Of a stretch of 64,000 bases of DNA, positions 10,191 through 18,921 are shown piece by piece (the first letter of the stretch is position 1; each line of letters opens with the position of its first letter). The notes under the pieces are model-generated. The model was not told the DNA's origin. It did not search any database and worked only from the letters and a program-made list of their open reading frames with translations. The stretch is taken from IMG/VR virus record IMGVR_UViG_3300046003_007892, positions 1 through 64,000 of that record; one strand, given 5' to 3'. The translations under genes and the position numbers were made by a program.

Positions 10191-10667
10191 CTAAAGGCCA
10201 AAATGTTTCGGAAACAACGCGACAAGGTCTCGGGCCCAGTCCATGAGTTCTTGGTCGGAACCCCCAGCTTGCTGGGGCTCTAGCTTGACGATCTCTCCTC
10301 GATGCCCAATCCTCGGGTTGAGATGCGGAGCGATCTTGTTCGGACCCCACTCCGGGTCATTGAACTTTGATTGTGCGAACGCCTCCGGGTGAACACCGTT
10401 GATGTCTACGGCGAGACCAGCATCGTTGACGCACCAGATATGATCTACGTCACCATCCGGGCTCATCTCGGCATGGATGGGCCAGCCTGTTTTTTCATTT
10501 ACGGCCACGGCGAGGTAGCCGCATCCTCCGGTGCTGAAGGTTGAACGGACGAAGTTGTCGATGCCGTGCTCGGGCTTCCATTCGTCGTAGGTGGCCTCGT
10601 CGTCGCCATGGTCCATCCACGGTCGGGCGGCCTCCATGATCGAGCGCATATCGGGGAAACGAGCCAT
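10191..10667 (-). CDS. Putative virion-packaged papain/transglutaminase-fold protein
   Basis: TAAATA 4 nt before ATG; MRSIMEA; GGCGYLA, HIW, DING = Cys-His-Asp triad pattern. Confidence 0.55.
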   Translation of the reverse strand: MARFPDMRSIMEAARPWMDHGDDEATYDEWKPEHGIDNFVRSTFSTGGCGYLAVAVNEKTGWPIHAEMSPDGDVDHIWCVNDAGLAVDINGVHPEAFAQSKFNDPEWGPNKIAPHLNPRIGHRGEIVKLEPQQAGGSDQELMDWARDLVALFPKHFGL

Positions 10668-10671
10668 TCGA

Positions 10672-10677
10672 TATTTA
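10672..10677 (-). promoter_or_regulatory. Late promoter TAAATA
   Basis: 4 nt before ATG 10667. Confidence 0.6.
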
Positions 10678-10762
10678 TTCGAATTCGGTGAACTAAAATA
10701 TTGCACGCCCGTTGGGAGTCCCCTTATGGTCTGAGGGTGAACTTATGGAGTTTTTCACACAA

Positions 10763-10957
10763 ATGACCGTTACCACCTACACCTCGGCCTCGCGCGGCGT
10801 CACCCTGACCATCGCGAACATGCCCACCCCGCACATCGAGAACGCCGTCGCCAAGATCAAGACGTCGGCCGCCACGCTGACGGAATCGCAGGTTGCCACC
10901 CTGGCCGCCCTGGAAACCGAACTGGGCACCCGCGACGACCGCACCGTCGCCGCTTAA
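10763..10957 (+). CDS. Small hypothetical protein
   Basis: GGAG SD, followed by terminator. Confidence 0.6.
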   Translation: MTVTTYTSASRGVTLTIANMPTPHIENAVAKIKTSAATLTESQVATLAALETELGTRDDRTVAA

Positions 10958-10989
10958 TCTACCCACCTCGCCTAATCGGGGTTCGACTA

Positions 10990-11020
10990 GGGCTCGCGGC
11001 TTCGGCTGCGGGCCCTTTTT
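10990..11020 (+). terminator. Intrinsic terminator
   Basis: GGGCTCGCGGC-TTCG-GCTGCGGGCCC-TTTTT. Confidence 0.85.
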
Positions 11021-11022
11021 AC

Positions 11023-11050
11023 TTGACAAGGTTCGAGACCCTCCTATCTT
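11023..11050 (+). promoter_or_regulatory. Sigma70-like early promoter
   Basis: TTGACA-N16-TATCTT, 6 nt before ATG 11057. Confidence 0.55.
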
Positions 11051-11056
11051 GCGGGG

Positions 11057-11212
11057 ATGACCGAGAACCTCACCTCCAAAGAACGTGTCGCCTTCCGGGC
11101 CGCCAAGGAAACCGTCGCGAGAACGCAGGCGATTCTGGCCCTGCGCACGGCCCGGAACAAGACCAACGTTTTCGCCGCGCGCGGAATGGCGTGGATGGAA
11201 CAAGCCCTGTGA
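11057..11212 (+). CDS. Small hypothetical protein (51 aa)
   Basis: MTENLTSKERVAF...; directly after promoter; below ORF-track cutoff. Confidence 0.55.
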   Translation: MTENLTSKERVAFRAAKETVARTQAILALRTARNKTNVFAARGMAWMEQAL

Positions 11213-11217
11213 GGGGA

Positions 11218-11223
11218 TAAATA
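11218..11223 (+). promoter_or_regulatory. Late promoter TAAATA
   Basis: 4 nt before ATG 11228. Confidence 0.6.
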
Positions 11224-11227
11224 CCGG

Positions 11228-11386
11228 ATGAAGAAAGACGAATTCGAAAAGATTCGTGCGGAGGCGCATCGAAAGATCGCTGCCCGCAATGGCAACCTCA
11301 ACGAGGGGGCTGAAGAACCTGCGCCCAAGATGGTGGTCTTCGAGACCGTGGACGACTTGATGAAATCGTCTCGAAAGGGTTCGTGA
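11228..11386 (+). CDS. 52-aa antitoxin-like peptide
   Basis: MKKDEFEKIR...KMVVFETVDDLMKSS; C-term resembles DinJ/RelB tail; GTGA overlap with toxin-like gene. Confidence 0.5.
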   Translation: MKKDEFEKIRAEAHRKIAARNGNLNEGAEEPAPKMVVFETVDDLMKSSRKGS

Positions 11387-11988
11387 GATTTTCTGAGTTC
11401 GGCACCACCCGCATCCTGGCGTCAACCCGCTATCTGAAGAACGTCGCGTTTTTCCTGCGCGGCTACCCGACGATGGACAAGACCCTGACGGCCTTCCTGA
11501 AGGCCAAGGTCGCCAACCCAACGCAGCCCATGGGAGCCAAGGACACACCGTTCACGGGCGGCGTCCTGAAGGGTTTCTGGCACGTCCACCTCATCCACGG
11601 CAAAGTCGTCCTCGTCTACGACTACCGGAACGGAGCCCTGTGCCTCTACGACGTCGTCGAGCACAACGATTTCGAATCAGAGGTCAGGCAGCACAATCTG
11701 GCCAACTATATCGCGGCGGCCGATCTAGAACCCCTCGTCGGCGACGAGGATGAAACCGAGACAGGTCTCGCGCCTCGGGATACCAAAGAGATCGAAGAAC
11801 TTTTCTACATGATGGCCGTCGAAGAGCGCGACATCATCAACGCGGCGATTGCCGGAGACCCCGCAGACCTCATGGAGTTCGTCAAGCTCACCATCACTGC
11901 CGACGAGGCCACGTTCATGGCCGCCATGGGTGGACAGCAGGGTCTGGCGCAAGCTCTCCAGAAAGTCGTCAAGAGCCTCGGCTACTAG
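11383..11988 (+). CDS. RelE/YafQ-family mRNA interferase-like protein with acidic C-terminal extension
   Basis: KDTPFTGGVLKGFWHVHL...VVLVY...LYDVVEHND matches YafQ signature. Confidence 0.65.
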   Translation: MRFSEFGTTRILASTRYLKNVAFFLRGYPTMDKTLTAFLKAKVANPTQPMGAKDTPFTGGVLKGFWHVHLIHGKVVLVYDYRNGALCLYDVVEHNDFESEVRQHNLANYIAAADLEPLVGDEDETETGLAPRDTKEIEELFYMMAVEERDIINAAIAGDPADLMEFVKLTITADEATFMAAMGGQQGLAQALQKVVKSLGY

Positions 11989-12126
11989 GCGTGCCGCCTA
12001 ACCTCCTGGAAGGCCGCAATGACGGCTTCCGCCACGTCTTCCGCACTGTCGGTGCACAGGGTGGTCATCGAAGCGATGACAAAGGCCACCGCCTCGATTT
12101 CCTCTGGCGTGGGGTCACTCGAACCT

Positions 12127-12399
12127 TCACTCATCTTTCGATGATATCAGCCCGTCTTCGCCTGCGTCAAAATATTCGCTAACGAAGCGGGCGCGCTGCT
12201 CCTGCATGGTCGGCTCACCGAACCATTTGCGCGGATTACCACAGCAGTAGGAGGAGCAGGATTGGGGATGAACGGCTCGCTGTCGTGCAGCGCGTTCTAT
12301 GTCGGACTCAGCCGTATACCAACGGTTCTGACGGAGCCAGTTGTCCACTCGCGCGATCTCGCGCTGGCGGGCGTGTCTTCTGTATTCTCGGTTTCGCAT
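12127..12399 (-). CDS. Conserved small basic hypothetical protein
   Basis: CSSYCCGNPRK...TMQEQR motif; start uncertain (12399-12429). Confidence 0.6.
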   Translation of the reverse strand: MRNREYRRHARQREIARVDNWLRQNRWYTAESDIERAARQRAVHPQSCSSYCCGNPRKWFGEPTMQEQRARFVSEYFDAGEDGLISSKDE

Positions 12400-12476
12400 G
12401 TTGACCATCCACATGCCAAGGCGCCCCAAACGGGCGGCAAGGCGGGATAGGAGGGTCAGTGTTGCGCATCACGTAT

Positions 12477-12728
12477 TTACGCTCGTTGTTCTTGGGAGAC
12501 GCCGGGTTCTCCCCAAACGATCAGTTTCTGATAGTCGGACCACTGATGCATCACCATCAAGGGTATGGTGGCGTCATGGCCGAGCATGCTCAGCAGTCCC
12601 TTCTCCTCAAGGTGTTTGAGAATCTCGGGATTGTAGTCGGAGGGCGGCGAGCCTCGGGCGATGCCGTCAAAGACGCGCACCTCTTCGGCGTTGCAGCCCA
12701 TATCAACGGCGGGATGAGTTCTGTCCAT
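12477..12728 (-). CDS. Hypothetical protein
   Basis: ORF from ATG 12728. Confidence 0.5.
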   Translation of the reverse strand: MDRTHPAVDMGCNAEEVRVFDGIARGSPPSDYNPEILKHLEEKGLLSMLGHDATIPLMVMHQWSDYQKLIVWGEPGVSQEQRA

Positions 12729-12731
12729 GGC

Positions 12732-12737
12732 TAAATA
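12732..12737 (+). promoter_or_regulatory. Late promoter TAAATA
   Basis: Upstream of the AAA+ ATPase gene. Confidence 0.5.
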
Positions 12738-12776
12738 TACCACTAACCCATTAAAGCGCAAGTGGAAAAAGCATTC

Positions 12777-14507
12777 ATGAAGATTTTTGAATTCGCACGC
12801 TCAGAAGACCGTGGCCTCGCAAACGTTCGGAAGCATTTTGTTGCAAAGATCGGCGAGCTTGACCGGATTGGCGGCCCCTCTCGCGTGTTTGAGATCGAAG
12901 GAACCGATCAACTCGGTGCTCTCTACTTGCACAAAGACGGTATCCTGGCCATCGGACTGGCTTGGGAAAAAGATCAACACCAGAACCTCGGCATTTCCAC
13001 CGTCTACGTCTGGCCCAAGTATGACCCCAATGACCCGGCTCCCTATGCTATCGATATTCCTCTTGACCTTTCCTTTGAACAGTATAAAGATGCGCTAGTC
13101 GATCTCGTTCGCCATCCACAACTTGGCGAAGTATTGATTTCCGGCAACAGCAAAAAGATCACCGAAATGGCCCGTCGCTCCACCGAGAGTGAATTCGTGC
13201 AGATGTGCGTCTCCATGTATGGCGACAAAGCCCGCGCACTTACGATGCCGGAGATGATGGCCTGCGCGGCTAAGAACGACGTCCAGATTCCCGGCAGCGT
13301 TCGCGGCAACGTCAACCTCAAGGTCGATGCTCACCACTGGAACCTCTCGGGTCGTGAAAACGCCGGGGACAGCGCGGACGCATCCTTCTCGAAGTCACAG
13401 GGCCCGCTGGAGCCCGCTCCCGAGATGGACCCGGATGTCGCCGCTCTGAAGACCGTGCAGGGCGTGGCCCGCATGACTTCGCAGGGCAAGGTCTACCTGT
13501 TCGGCCGCAAGCCCAACGGCGCCTTCTTCAAGATTCCCGGCATCGAGCACATCATTCCGCAGCTTGAACGCCTCCTGGCCCGCGCTCTGCCGGGCGGCAA
13601 CGAGCACTCCATGGACGAGCAATACGAAATGCTCGCCGACCGAGTGAACCTCGTCGCGGGTGGCGAAGCCTCCTTCATCAAATCCCTTCTGATCACCGGC
13701 GCCCCGTCGTCGGGCAAGACCTTCACGGTTCTGAAAACCATCAAGGCTCTCGGTCTCCAGGAAGGCCGCGACTTCATCATCAAGAAGGGTCGTATCACCA
13801 CCCTGGCCATGTATCGGACCCTGATCGAACAGGTGAACGGCATGGTGATCTTTGACGACTGCGACAGCGTCGTTGAGGACAAGAACGCGATCAACATGCT
13901 CAAGGGCGCGCTCGACACCGACCCGGTGCGCGAAATCTCCTACGACGTTCAGGGCACGGTCAACACCGCCGTCATGAGCGCGGAGGTCCGCAACGAATAC
14001 GTGAACGTCATGTCGCGCGTTCTGCGCGGTGAGCCCGAGGACGGCGATCTCGAACAGTTCGTCCGTAAGGTCATCAAGCCCAAGAAGGAGCCGAAGGATT
14101 TCGACGGACTCTGGGACCCCTACCAGCACGATTTGTCGGATGACGAACTCCTGGAGGAAGTCCAGAACTACATGGTCAACCACCTTCCGAACAAGATCGA
14201 CTTCAAGGGCCGCATCATCTTCATCTCCAACATGGCGGAAGAAGACTGGGACACCGCGATCATCTCGCGCGCCTTCTACATGAACATGGACTTCCGTTCG
14301 GATGAAATGATCGACTACATCGACAAGATCAAGCAGCACATCAAGACGCCGTCGCTGTCTGAGGAAGAGAAGCAAGAAGTCATGGACTACATCCGTGATC
14401 TCTACGTCACGGGCAAGCTGAAGCGCGACGTCAACTTCCGTCTCGTCCAGCAAGCCTTCGATCTTCGTCTGACTTCGAATTGGAAGAAGATGATCGCTAT
14501 GCTATAA
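12777..14507 (+). CDS. AAA+ ATPase with N-terminal extension
   Basis: Walker A GAPSSGKT, Walker B MVIFDDCD, FKGRIIFISN, ISR. Confidence 0.85.
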   Translation: MKIFEFARSEDRGLANVRKHFVAKIGELDRIGGPSRVFEIEGTDQLGALYLHKDGILAIGLAWEKDQHQNLGISTVYVWPKYDPNDPAPYAIDIPLDLSFEQYKDALVDLVRHPQLGEVLISGNSKKITEMARRSTESEFVQMCVSMYGDKARALTMPEMMACAAKNDVQIPGSVRGNVNLKVDAHHWNLSGRENAGDSADASFSKSQGPLEPAPEMDPDVAALKTVQGVARMTSQGKVYLFGRKPNGAFFKIPGIEHIIPQLERLLARALPGGNEHSMDEQYEMLADRVNLVAGGEASFIKSLLITGAPSSGKTFTVLKTIKALGLQEGRDFIIKKGRITTLAMYRTLIEQVNGMVIFDDCDSVVEDKNAINMLKGALDTDPVREISYDVQGTVNTAVMSAEVRNEYVNVMSRVLRGEPEDGDLEQFVRKVIKPKKEPKDFDGLWDPYQHDLSDDELLEEVQNYMVNHLPNKIDFKGRIIFISNMAEEDWDTAIISRAFYMNMDFRSDEMIDYIDKIKQHIKTPSLSEEEKQEVMDYIRDLYVTGKLKRDVNFRLVQQAFDLRLTSNWKKMIAML

Positions 14508-14514
14508 GGCATAG

Positions 14515-14883
14515 ATGACCAGAGACGACCTCAATCTGTGGAAACGCATCACCGACACGGTTCGCCGTCTCGGTGATCGTTCGCGTCCAGACCCCCATCC
14601 AACTGCGCCACTGCACGTCAAGCCACCTCATCCTCGCTCACACCCCGCCCATGCGAAAACCCTCGACCTTCACGGCATGACGCTCGACCAAGCCCACCGG
14701 GCAGTGAAGGTCTTTGTCAGGGACGCGAAGGGCGAGGGAACCAGGGCCGTCTTTGTGATCACGGGCCGCTCTGGTCAAATCCGCGAGGAATTCTTGGACT
14801 GGGTCGAGCACATGCCAGCGGTAGAGAGGAGCCAGATGCTTCCGAACCGTGGCTCCTTCCGTCTGCTCCTCAGCCCAAAATGA
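14515..14883 (+). CDS. Smr/MutS2-domain endonuclease
   Basis: TLDLHGMT...VFVITGRSG; N-term DLNLWKRITDTV like alphaproteobacterial Smr proteins. Confidence 0.85.
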   Translation: MTRDDLNLWKRITDTVRRLGDRSRPDPHPTAPLHVKPPHPRSHPAHAKTLDLHGMTLDQAHRAVKVFVRDAKGEGTRAVFVITGRSGQIREEFLDWVEHMPAVERSQMLPNRGSFRLLLSPK

Positions 14884-15397
14884 GGGCCTTGTAGCGGTTG
14901 GCGAAGGGAGCGAACTCCTTCATTTTCACCGCATTCCACGGCACCTTCTCCACAGAGAGCATCCGCTTCGCGACCGCGATGGCGACGACGGCGTCTTCGA
15001 CCGTGCGGAGCGCGTCTTCGTCCATGGTATCGACGACCAGCTTGCCGTCGAAGAGATCGCTGACCATCTGAAAGAGGGCCGGGTCTTCCAGGTTCGAGTT
15101 GTTGAAGTGTAGGCGGATGAAGGCCAGCATGCCGTCGCTGACCAGATAGAGTTCGGCGAGAAGGGGCTCGACCTCGATCTTGAAGGCGGCCTTGTAGTCG
15201 CTCTTCACCTGCGTTGCCTCTGCATGGGACATGCCAGCAACGTCGGGCTCGACCTTGGCGGCCTTGATCTGCTCGTTGACCTCGATCACGAGTTTCTGGC
15301 GAGCCACGAGTTCGGCGTAGCGGTCGGGAATTCCGTTCAGTGAATCGTAGTCGCCCCCGATCAGGGACCCGAGGAGTTTGCGGCGGTCGTAGGTCAT
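14870..15397 (-). CDS. Hypothetical protein, paralog of 15405-15845
   Basis: Shared VSDLFD...DA..AI....LS...F.NRY..LIL C-terminus. Confidence 0.7.
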   Translation of the reverse strand: MTYDRRKLLGSLIGGDYDSLNGIPDRYAELVARQKLVIEVNEQIKAAKVEPDVAGMSHAEATQVKSDYKAAFKIEVEPLLAELYLVSDGMLAFIRLHFNNSNLEDPALFQMVSDLFDGKLVVDTMDEDALRTVEDAVVAIAVAKRMLSVEKVPWNAVKMKEFAPFANRYKALILG

Positions 15398-15404
15398 GGG
15401 GTCC

Positions 15405-15845
15405 CTAAGCGGAGAGAATGAGGTCTTGGTAGCGTTCTGAGAACGTGTCCCAGTGCTTGAGTTTCGCGGGGTCGAAGGTGACCCTATACAGGCTCAGCAG
15501 AACCCTGGTGGCGTAAATCGCCATGGCGGCGTCGGAGTAGTTGGACATCGCGGACATCGCGTCCTCGATTGTGAGCCCTTCTTTCCATCGCAGCGGATGA
15601 TCGGGGTTGTTGAACAGGTCGCCGACTTCCTGCTTCGTGGTTTCGGTCGCCTCGCCATCGAACTCATTGATGATGATGTCGAAGAACGCGTTCAGGCTCT
15701 CGTAGAACGCGATCTCGGCAGTCTCGCACCCCGCGACGTCGTCAGCGTCGGTGGCTTTCCAGGCCTGGAAAACAGCGTGTGCCGTAATCGTAGCGTCATG
15801 GAGACGGCGGTATTTGTCGGCTTGAGCGGAGGCGTTCTGGGTCAT
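15405..15845 (-). CDS. Hypothetical protein, paralog of 14870-15397
   Basis: VGDLFN...DAAMAI...FSERYQDLIL. Confidence 0.7.
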   Translation of the reverse strand: MTQNASAQADKYRRLHDATITAHAVFQAWKATDADDVAGCETAEIAFYESLNAFFDIIINEFDGEATETTKQEVGDLFNNPDHPLRWKEGLTIEDAMSAMSNYSDAAMAIYATRVLLSLYRVTFDPAKLKHWDTFSERYQDLILSA

Positions 15846-16037
15846 GCTATTCCCTTACAATGGTGCACCGAAATCGTCAATGAAAAGGTTGACGGTTGAT
15901 TCTGACGTGATAAGACAGCCCGGCTATCTGCGATGCAATAGCGATATGAGACATACGCATCAGTATCGATCTCTGCACAATATCACTTGTGCGCAACCAA
16001 GGAACACCATGAACCCATAACGCCCGGAGTCTATCCG

Positions 16038-16379
16038 ATGCCCAAGCACGCCCTGCGCCGCAACATGATCGTCTACACCGTGGATTCCGGCAACGGTTTC
16101 TGGTCCCCCTATGGCCGCGTCATCCGATGCGTCGGAGACTACGAGGTCGAGATCGTGGACGTTACCCGCCACGTCCAAATCTATGACGTCGCCGATGTAA
16201 TGATCGTCCACAACTACAAGGGGATGTGGCAGAACCCTCACAGCGATCTCCGCCAAGCCTACCCGGTCTGGATTCCGATGCCGAGCCTTCGCAAGCTCAA
16301 GCAGATGGCCTCTGGATACAATCCCCAGGTCTTCAAGAAGAACCGCAAGAGGCTTGCAAAGCAAAAGTCTGAAGAGTAG
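16038..16379 (+). CDS. Hypothetical protein
   Basis: GGAG SD before ATG 16038. Confidence 0.6.
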   Translation: MPKHALRRNMIVYTVDSGNGFWSPYGRVIRCVGDYEVEIVDVTRHVQIYDVADVMIVHNYKGMWQNPHSDLRQAYPVWIPMPSLRKLKQMASGYNPQVFKKNRKRLAKQKSEE

Positions 16380-16388
16380 AGTGGCGGA

Positions 16389-16685
16389 ATGTCAAAGATC
16401 GAATACACTCCCAGCATCGGCCGCAAGGTGTCCGGGTTCGAGGTCCACTCCGGCATGCAGGACCCGAGCGAGATGGAGACCATCCGTTGGGTGGTGGCCG
16501 CCGAAGCCGACGACCGCGCCGGAGCCATCCGGGAGATGGAACGCATCATGATCGAACGAGTCGGCGTCACGCCGATGACGCCTCGTGAGCGCGCCGACGC
16601 CATCGCGGCCTACCAGGGTGGTCCCCTTCGGGTTGTCGAAAACACGGTGCGGCTCGTTCACGCCGCAGGGTTCGTCGAGGAATAA
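16389..16685 (+). CDS. Hypothetical protein
   Basis: Operonic ORF with SD. Confidence 0.6.
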   Translation: MSKIEYTPSIGRKVSGFEVHSGMQDPSEMETIRWVVAAEADDRAGAIREMERIMIERVGVTPMTPRERADAIAAYQGGPLRVVENTVRLVHAAGFVEE

Positions 16686-16740
16686 TTCGCAAACCAGAGA
16701 CGGCGTGGATATACTCGGGGCTCTACATTTTGGAGCCTAC

Positions 16741-17022
16741 ATGTTTCGTCCCCTACTCGACCGCGTCCTGGTCAAAACCGCTGACCCCGAATCCATCTCC
16801 AAGGGTGGCATCATCATCGCGGAGACCATTCAGGGCAAACCCCAAGAAGGCACCGTGGTCTCGACCGGCCCCGGCATCTACGAAGGCGGCGTCTTCAAAG
16901 AAATCTCCGTCAAGGCTGGCGACCGCGTGCTGTTCAACAAGCTCGCCGGTTCGGAAGTCAAGGTTGATGGCGACACCTTCCTGCTGATCGAAGACAAGCA
17001 AATTCTGGGCGTGCTGGCCTGA
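16741..17022 (+). CDS. groES: Co-chaperonin GroES
   Basis: RPLLDRVLV...SKGGIII...KPQEGTVVSTGPG...VKAGDRVLF..AGSEVKVDG...ILGVL. Confidence 0.95.
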   Translation: MFRPLLDRVLVKTADPESISKGGIIIAETIQGKPQEGTVVSTGPGIYEGGVFKEISVKAGDRVLFNKLAGSEVKVDGDTFLLIEDKQILGVLA

Positions 17023-17729
17023 TGCCCAACCTCACCATCCTGACCGGCGCAGGCATATCCGCCGAATCCGGCATCCAGACCTTCCGCGACGGTGGTGGGC
17101 TCTGGCATGAGCACGACGTCATGAAGGTCGCGAGCCTCAAGGGGTTCGAAGCCGAGCCCGATCTCGTGCATGCTTTCTACAACCAACGTCGTCAGGATGC
17201 GCAGACCGTTCATCCCAACGACGCCCATCATGCCCTTGCCGAACTCGAAGAGGCGTGGGCAGACAAGGGTGCCTTCCTGGTCATCACACAGAACGTCGAT
17301 GATCTTCATCGCCGCGCCGGAACCAAGAACATCGCCCACATCCACGGAGAGATCGACAAGGTGATCTGTCGTTCCTGCGAACACGCCGAGGTGACGACCA
17401 ACGATGTCGATGCCTCAACTGTGTGCGGGAAGTGCGGGGCCGCGACGATGCGGCCGGACGTCGTCTGGTTCGGGGAGATGCCCAAGTATCTCAACGAGAT
17501 CGAGACCGTTCTGGACAACACAGACATCTACGTCACCATCGGGACGTCAGGCTCCGTCATGCCCGCCAGCCTTTTCGCCGAGGTGGTCAAGCAGGCCAAC
17601 CCGGCTGCTGAGGTGATCGAGGTCAACATCCAGCCCACCAACGCCCCCGTCTATACCAAGGTCATTGATGGTACTGCCAGTCGAGGGGTTCGAGAACTGG
17701 TTGACTATCTGGTAGAAAAATACGCATAG
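17022..17729 (+). CDS. cobB: Sir2/CobB NAD-dependent deacylase
   Basis: LTGAGISAESGIQTFRD, ITQNVDDLH, HIHG, CxxC..CxxC, RPDVVWFGE, IGTSG. Confidence 0.92.
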   Translation: MPNLTILTGAGISAESGIQTFRDGGGLWHEHDVMKVASLKGFEAEPDLVHAFYNQRRQDAQTVHPNDAHHALAELEEAWADKGAFLVITQNVDDLHRRAGTKNIAHIHGEIDKVICRSCEHAEVTTNDVDASTVCGKCGAATMRPDVVWFGEMPKYLNEIETVLDNTDIYVTIGTSGSVMPASLFAEVVKQANPAAEVIEVNIQPTNAPVYTKVIDGTASRGVRELVDYLVEKYA

Positions 17730-17736
17730 GGCATCG

Positions 17737-18087
17737 ATGACCAATGTGCTTGACCTTCGCAAAGATTCTGTCGAAGTCTCTGTCGAGATAGTGAGGACGC
17801 CCGCGCCTTCACTACCGATCCCTCTGATACCCCCGGCCAAACGCAGGTCGTTTTTTCGAATGCGATATCGTATCGTCCGGGACAACTATCGGGGATACGA
17901 AGCCCAAGCCAGAGCTTGGTGGTCGCCGGTTTGGGCCCAACTAGGGAAGGACGGCGAATTTGGCGTGAACACCAGTTCCTCCGTCGAAGAGGCTGAAGGA
18001 CGTATCTTGGAATGGGTTCGCAAACGTGTCGAAATAGCTGAGCGTCGGCGTCAAGGTGGCGTCGTGAAATACGTGGAGTTCGATTGA
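17737..18087 (+). CDS. Hypothetical protein
   Basis: Operonic ORF. Confidence 0.6.
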   Translation: MTNVLDLRKDSVEVSVEIVRTPAPSLPIPLIPPAKRRSFFRMRYRIVRDNYRGYEAQARAWWSPVWAQLGKDGEFGVNTSSSVEEAEGRILEWVRKRVEIAERRRQGGVVKYVEFD

Positions 18088-18536
18088 TCTACTTCCTCGA
18101 CTGCGAGTTCGACTCCTTTGGTGGTCGTCTCCTCTCAATAGCGTTGGTGCGCCAGGACGGCCTACCCCTCTCTCTGGTTATCTGGAAAGAGGGCGAGACC
18201 CTGACGCCGTGGGTGACCACAAACGTTGCCCCGCATTTCTATGCTGACCCGCACAGCCGTGAAGTCGAGCGCGCCGACGTCCCCAACGAGCTTGCCAAGT
18301 TTCTGCGTGGTGATTTCCAGCCCGTCATCGTTTCCGACTGGCCGGACGACATCCGGTATTTCTGCGAGTGCACGATGGTGGCGCCGGGGCAGATGATCGC
18401 CCTGAGCGACATCACTTTCCGAATGCTGAAGGTGCAGAGCTACCCGACGACCGTGCCGGGCGCAGTTCAGCACAATGCCTACTGGGACGCCATGGCGTTG
18501 CGGGAAGCCCTCGCTCCTGAGGGCGGCTGGGCTTAA
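18084..18536 (+). CDS. DEDDh 3'-5' exo(ribo)nuclease, Rv2179c-like
   Basis: FLDCEF...LLSIALV...DW..D...HNAYWDA. Confidence 0.8.
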   Translation: MIYFLDCEFDSFGGRLLSIALVRQDGLPLSLVIWKEGETLTPWVTTNVAPHFYADPHSREVERADVPNELAKFLRGDFQPVIVSDWPDDIRYFCECTMVAPGQMIALSDITFRMLKVQSYPTTVPGAVQHNAYWDAMALREALAPEGGWA

Positions 18537-18895
18537 ACGTTCTTCAGTCCGGGCGTCGGGCCGTTAACGGAACGGAACTCCGCGTCATCGGCAGGAATCG
18601 AGCCATCGGCATCGGTGTGAACGAGCATCAGGCGACGCATGACCTTCATCGTATCCTGCTGACCCATACGGACCAGCGACACGAAGGCTTTGCCCATCTG
18701 TTCGAGTTCCCAACGGTTGAGTTGCTCTTCGTTGTTCTGGACGATCTTGCGCCAACCACGCAGGAAATATTCCTCGTTGTCGATAGTGGGGAAGAACCCC
18801 ATTACGATACGGGCGTTGGTGGAGCTACGACCTTCGAGGGGCTCCCCCAGGACGTTGCCTTCAGCTTCGTTGATGATGTCGCGCATGGTCTTCAT
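18533..18895 (-). CDS. Putative internal head protein
   Basis: MKTMRDIINEAE; TAAATA 5 nt upstream. Confidence 0.6.
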   Translation of the reverse strand: MKTMRDIINEAEGNVLGEPLEGRSSTNARIVMGFFPTIDNEEYFLRGWRKIVQNNEEQLNRWELEQMGKAFVSLVRMGQQDTMKVMRRLMLVHTDADGSIPADDAEFRSVNGPTPGLKNV

Positions 18896-18900
18896 GAACA

Positions 18901-18916
18901 TATTTAGCGATAAATA
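18901..18916. promoter_or_regulatory. Back-to-back late promoters TATTTA-GCGA-TAAATA
   Basis: Each element 5 nt before an ATG (18895 minus, 18922 plus). Confidence 0.75.
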
Positions 18917-18921
18917 CCGAA

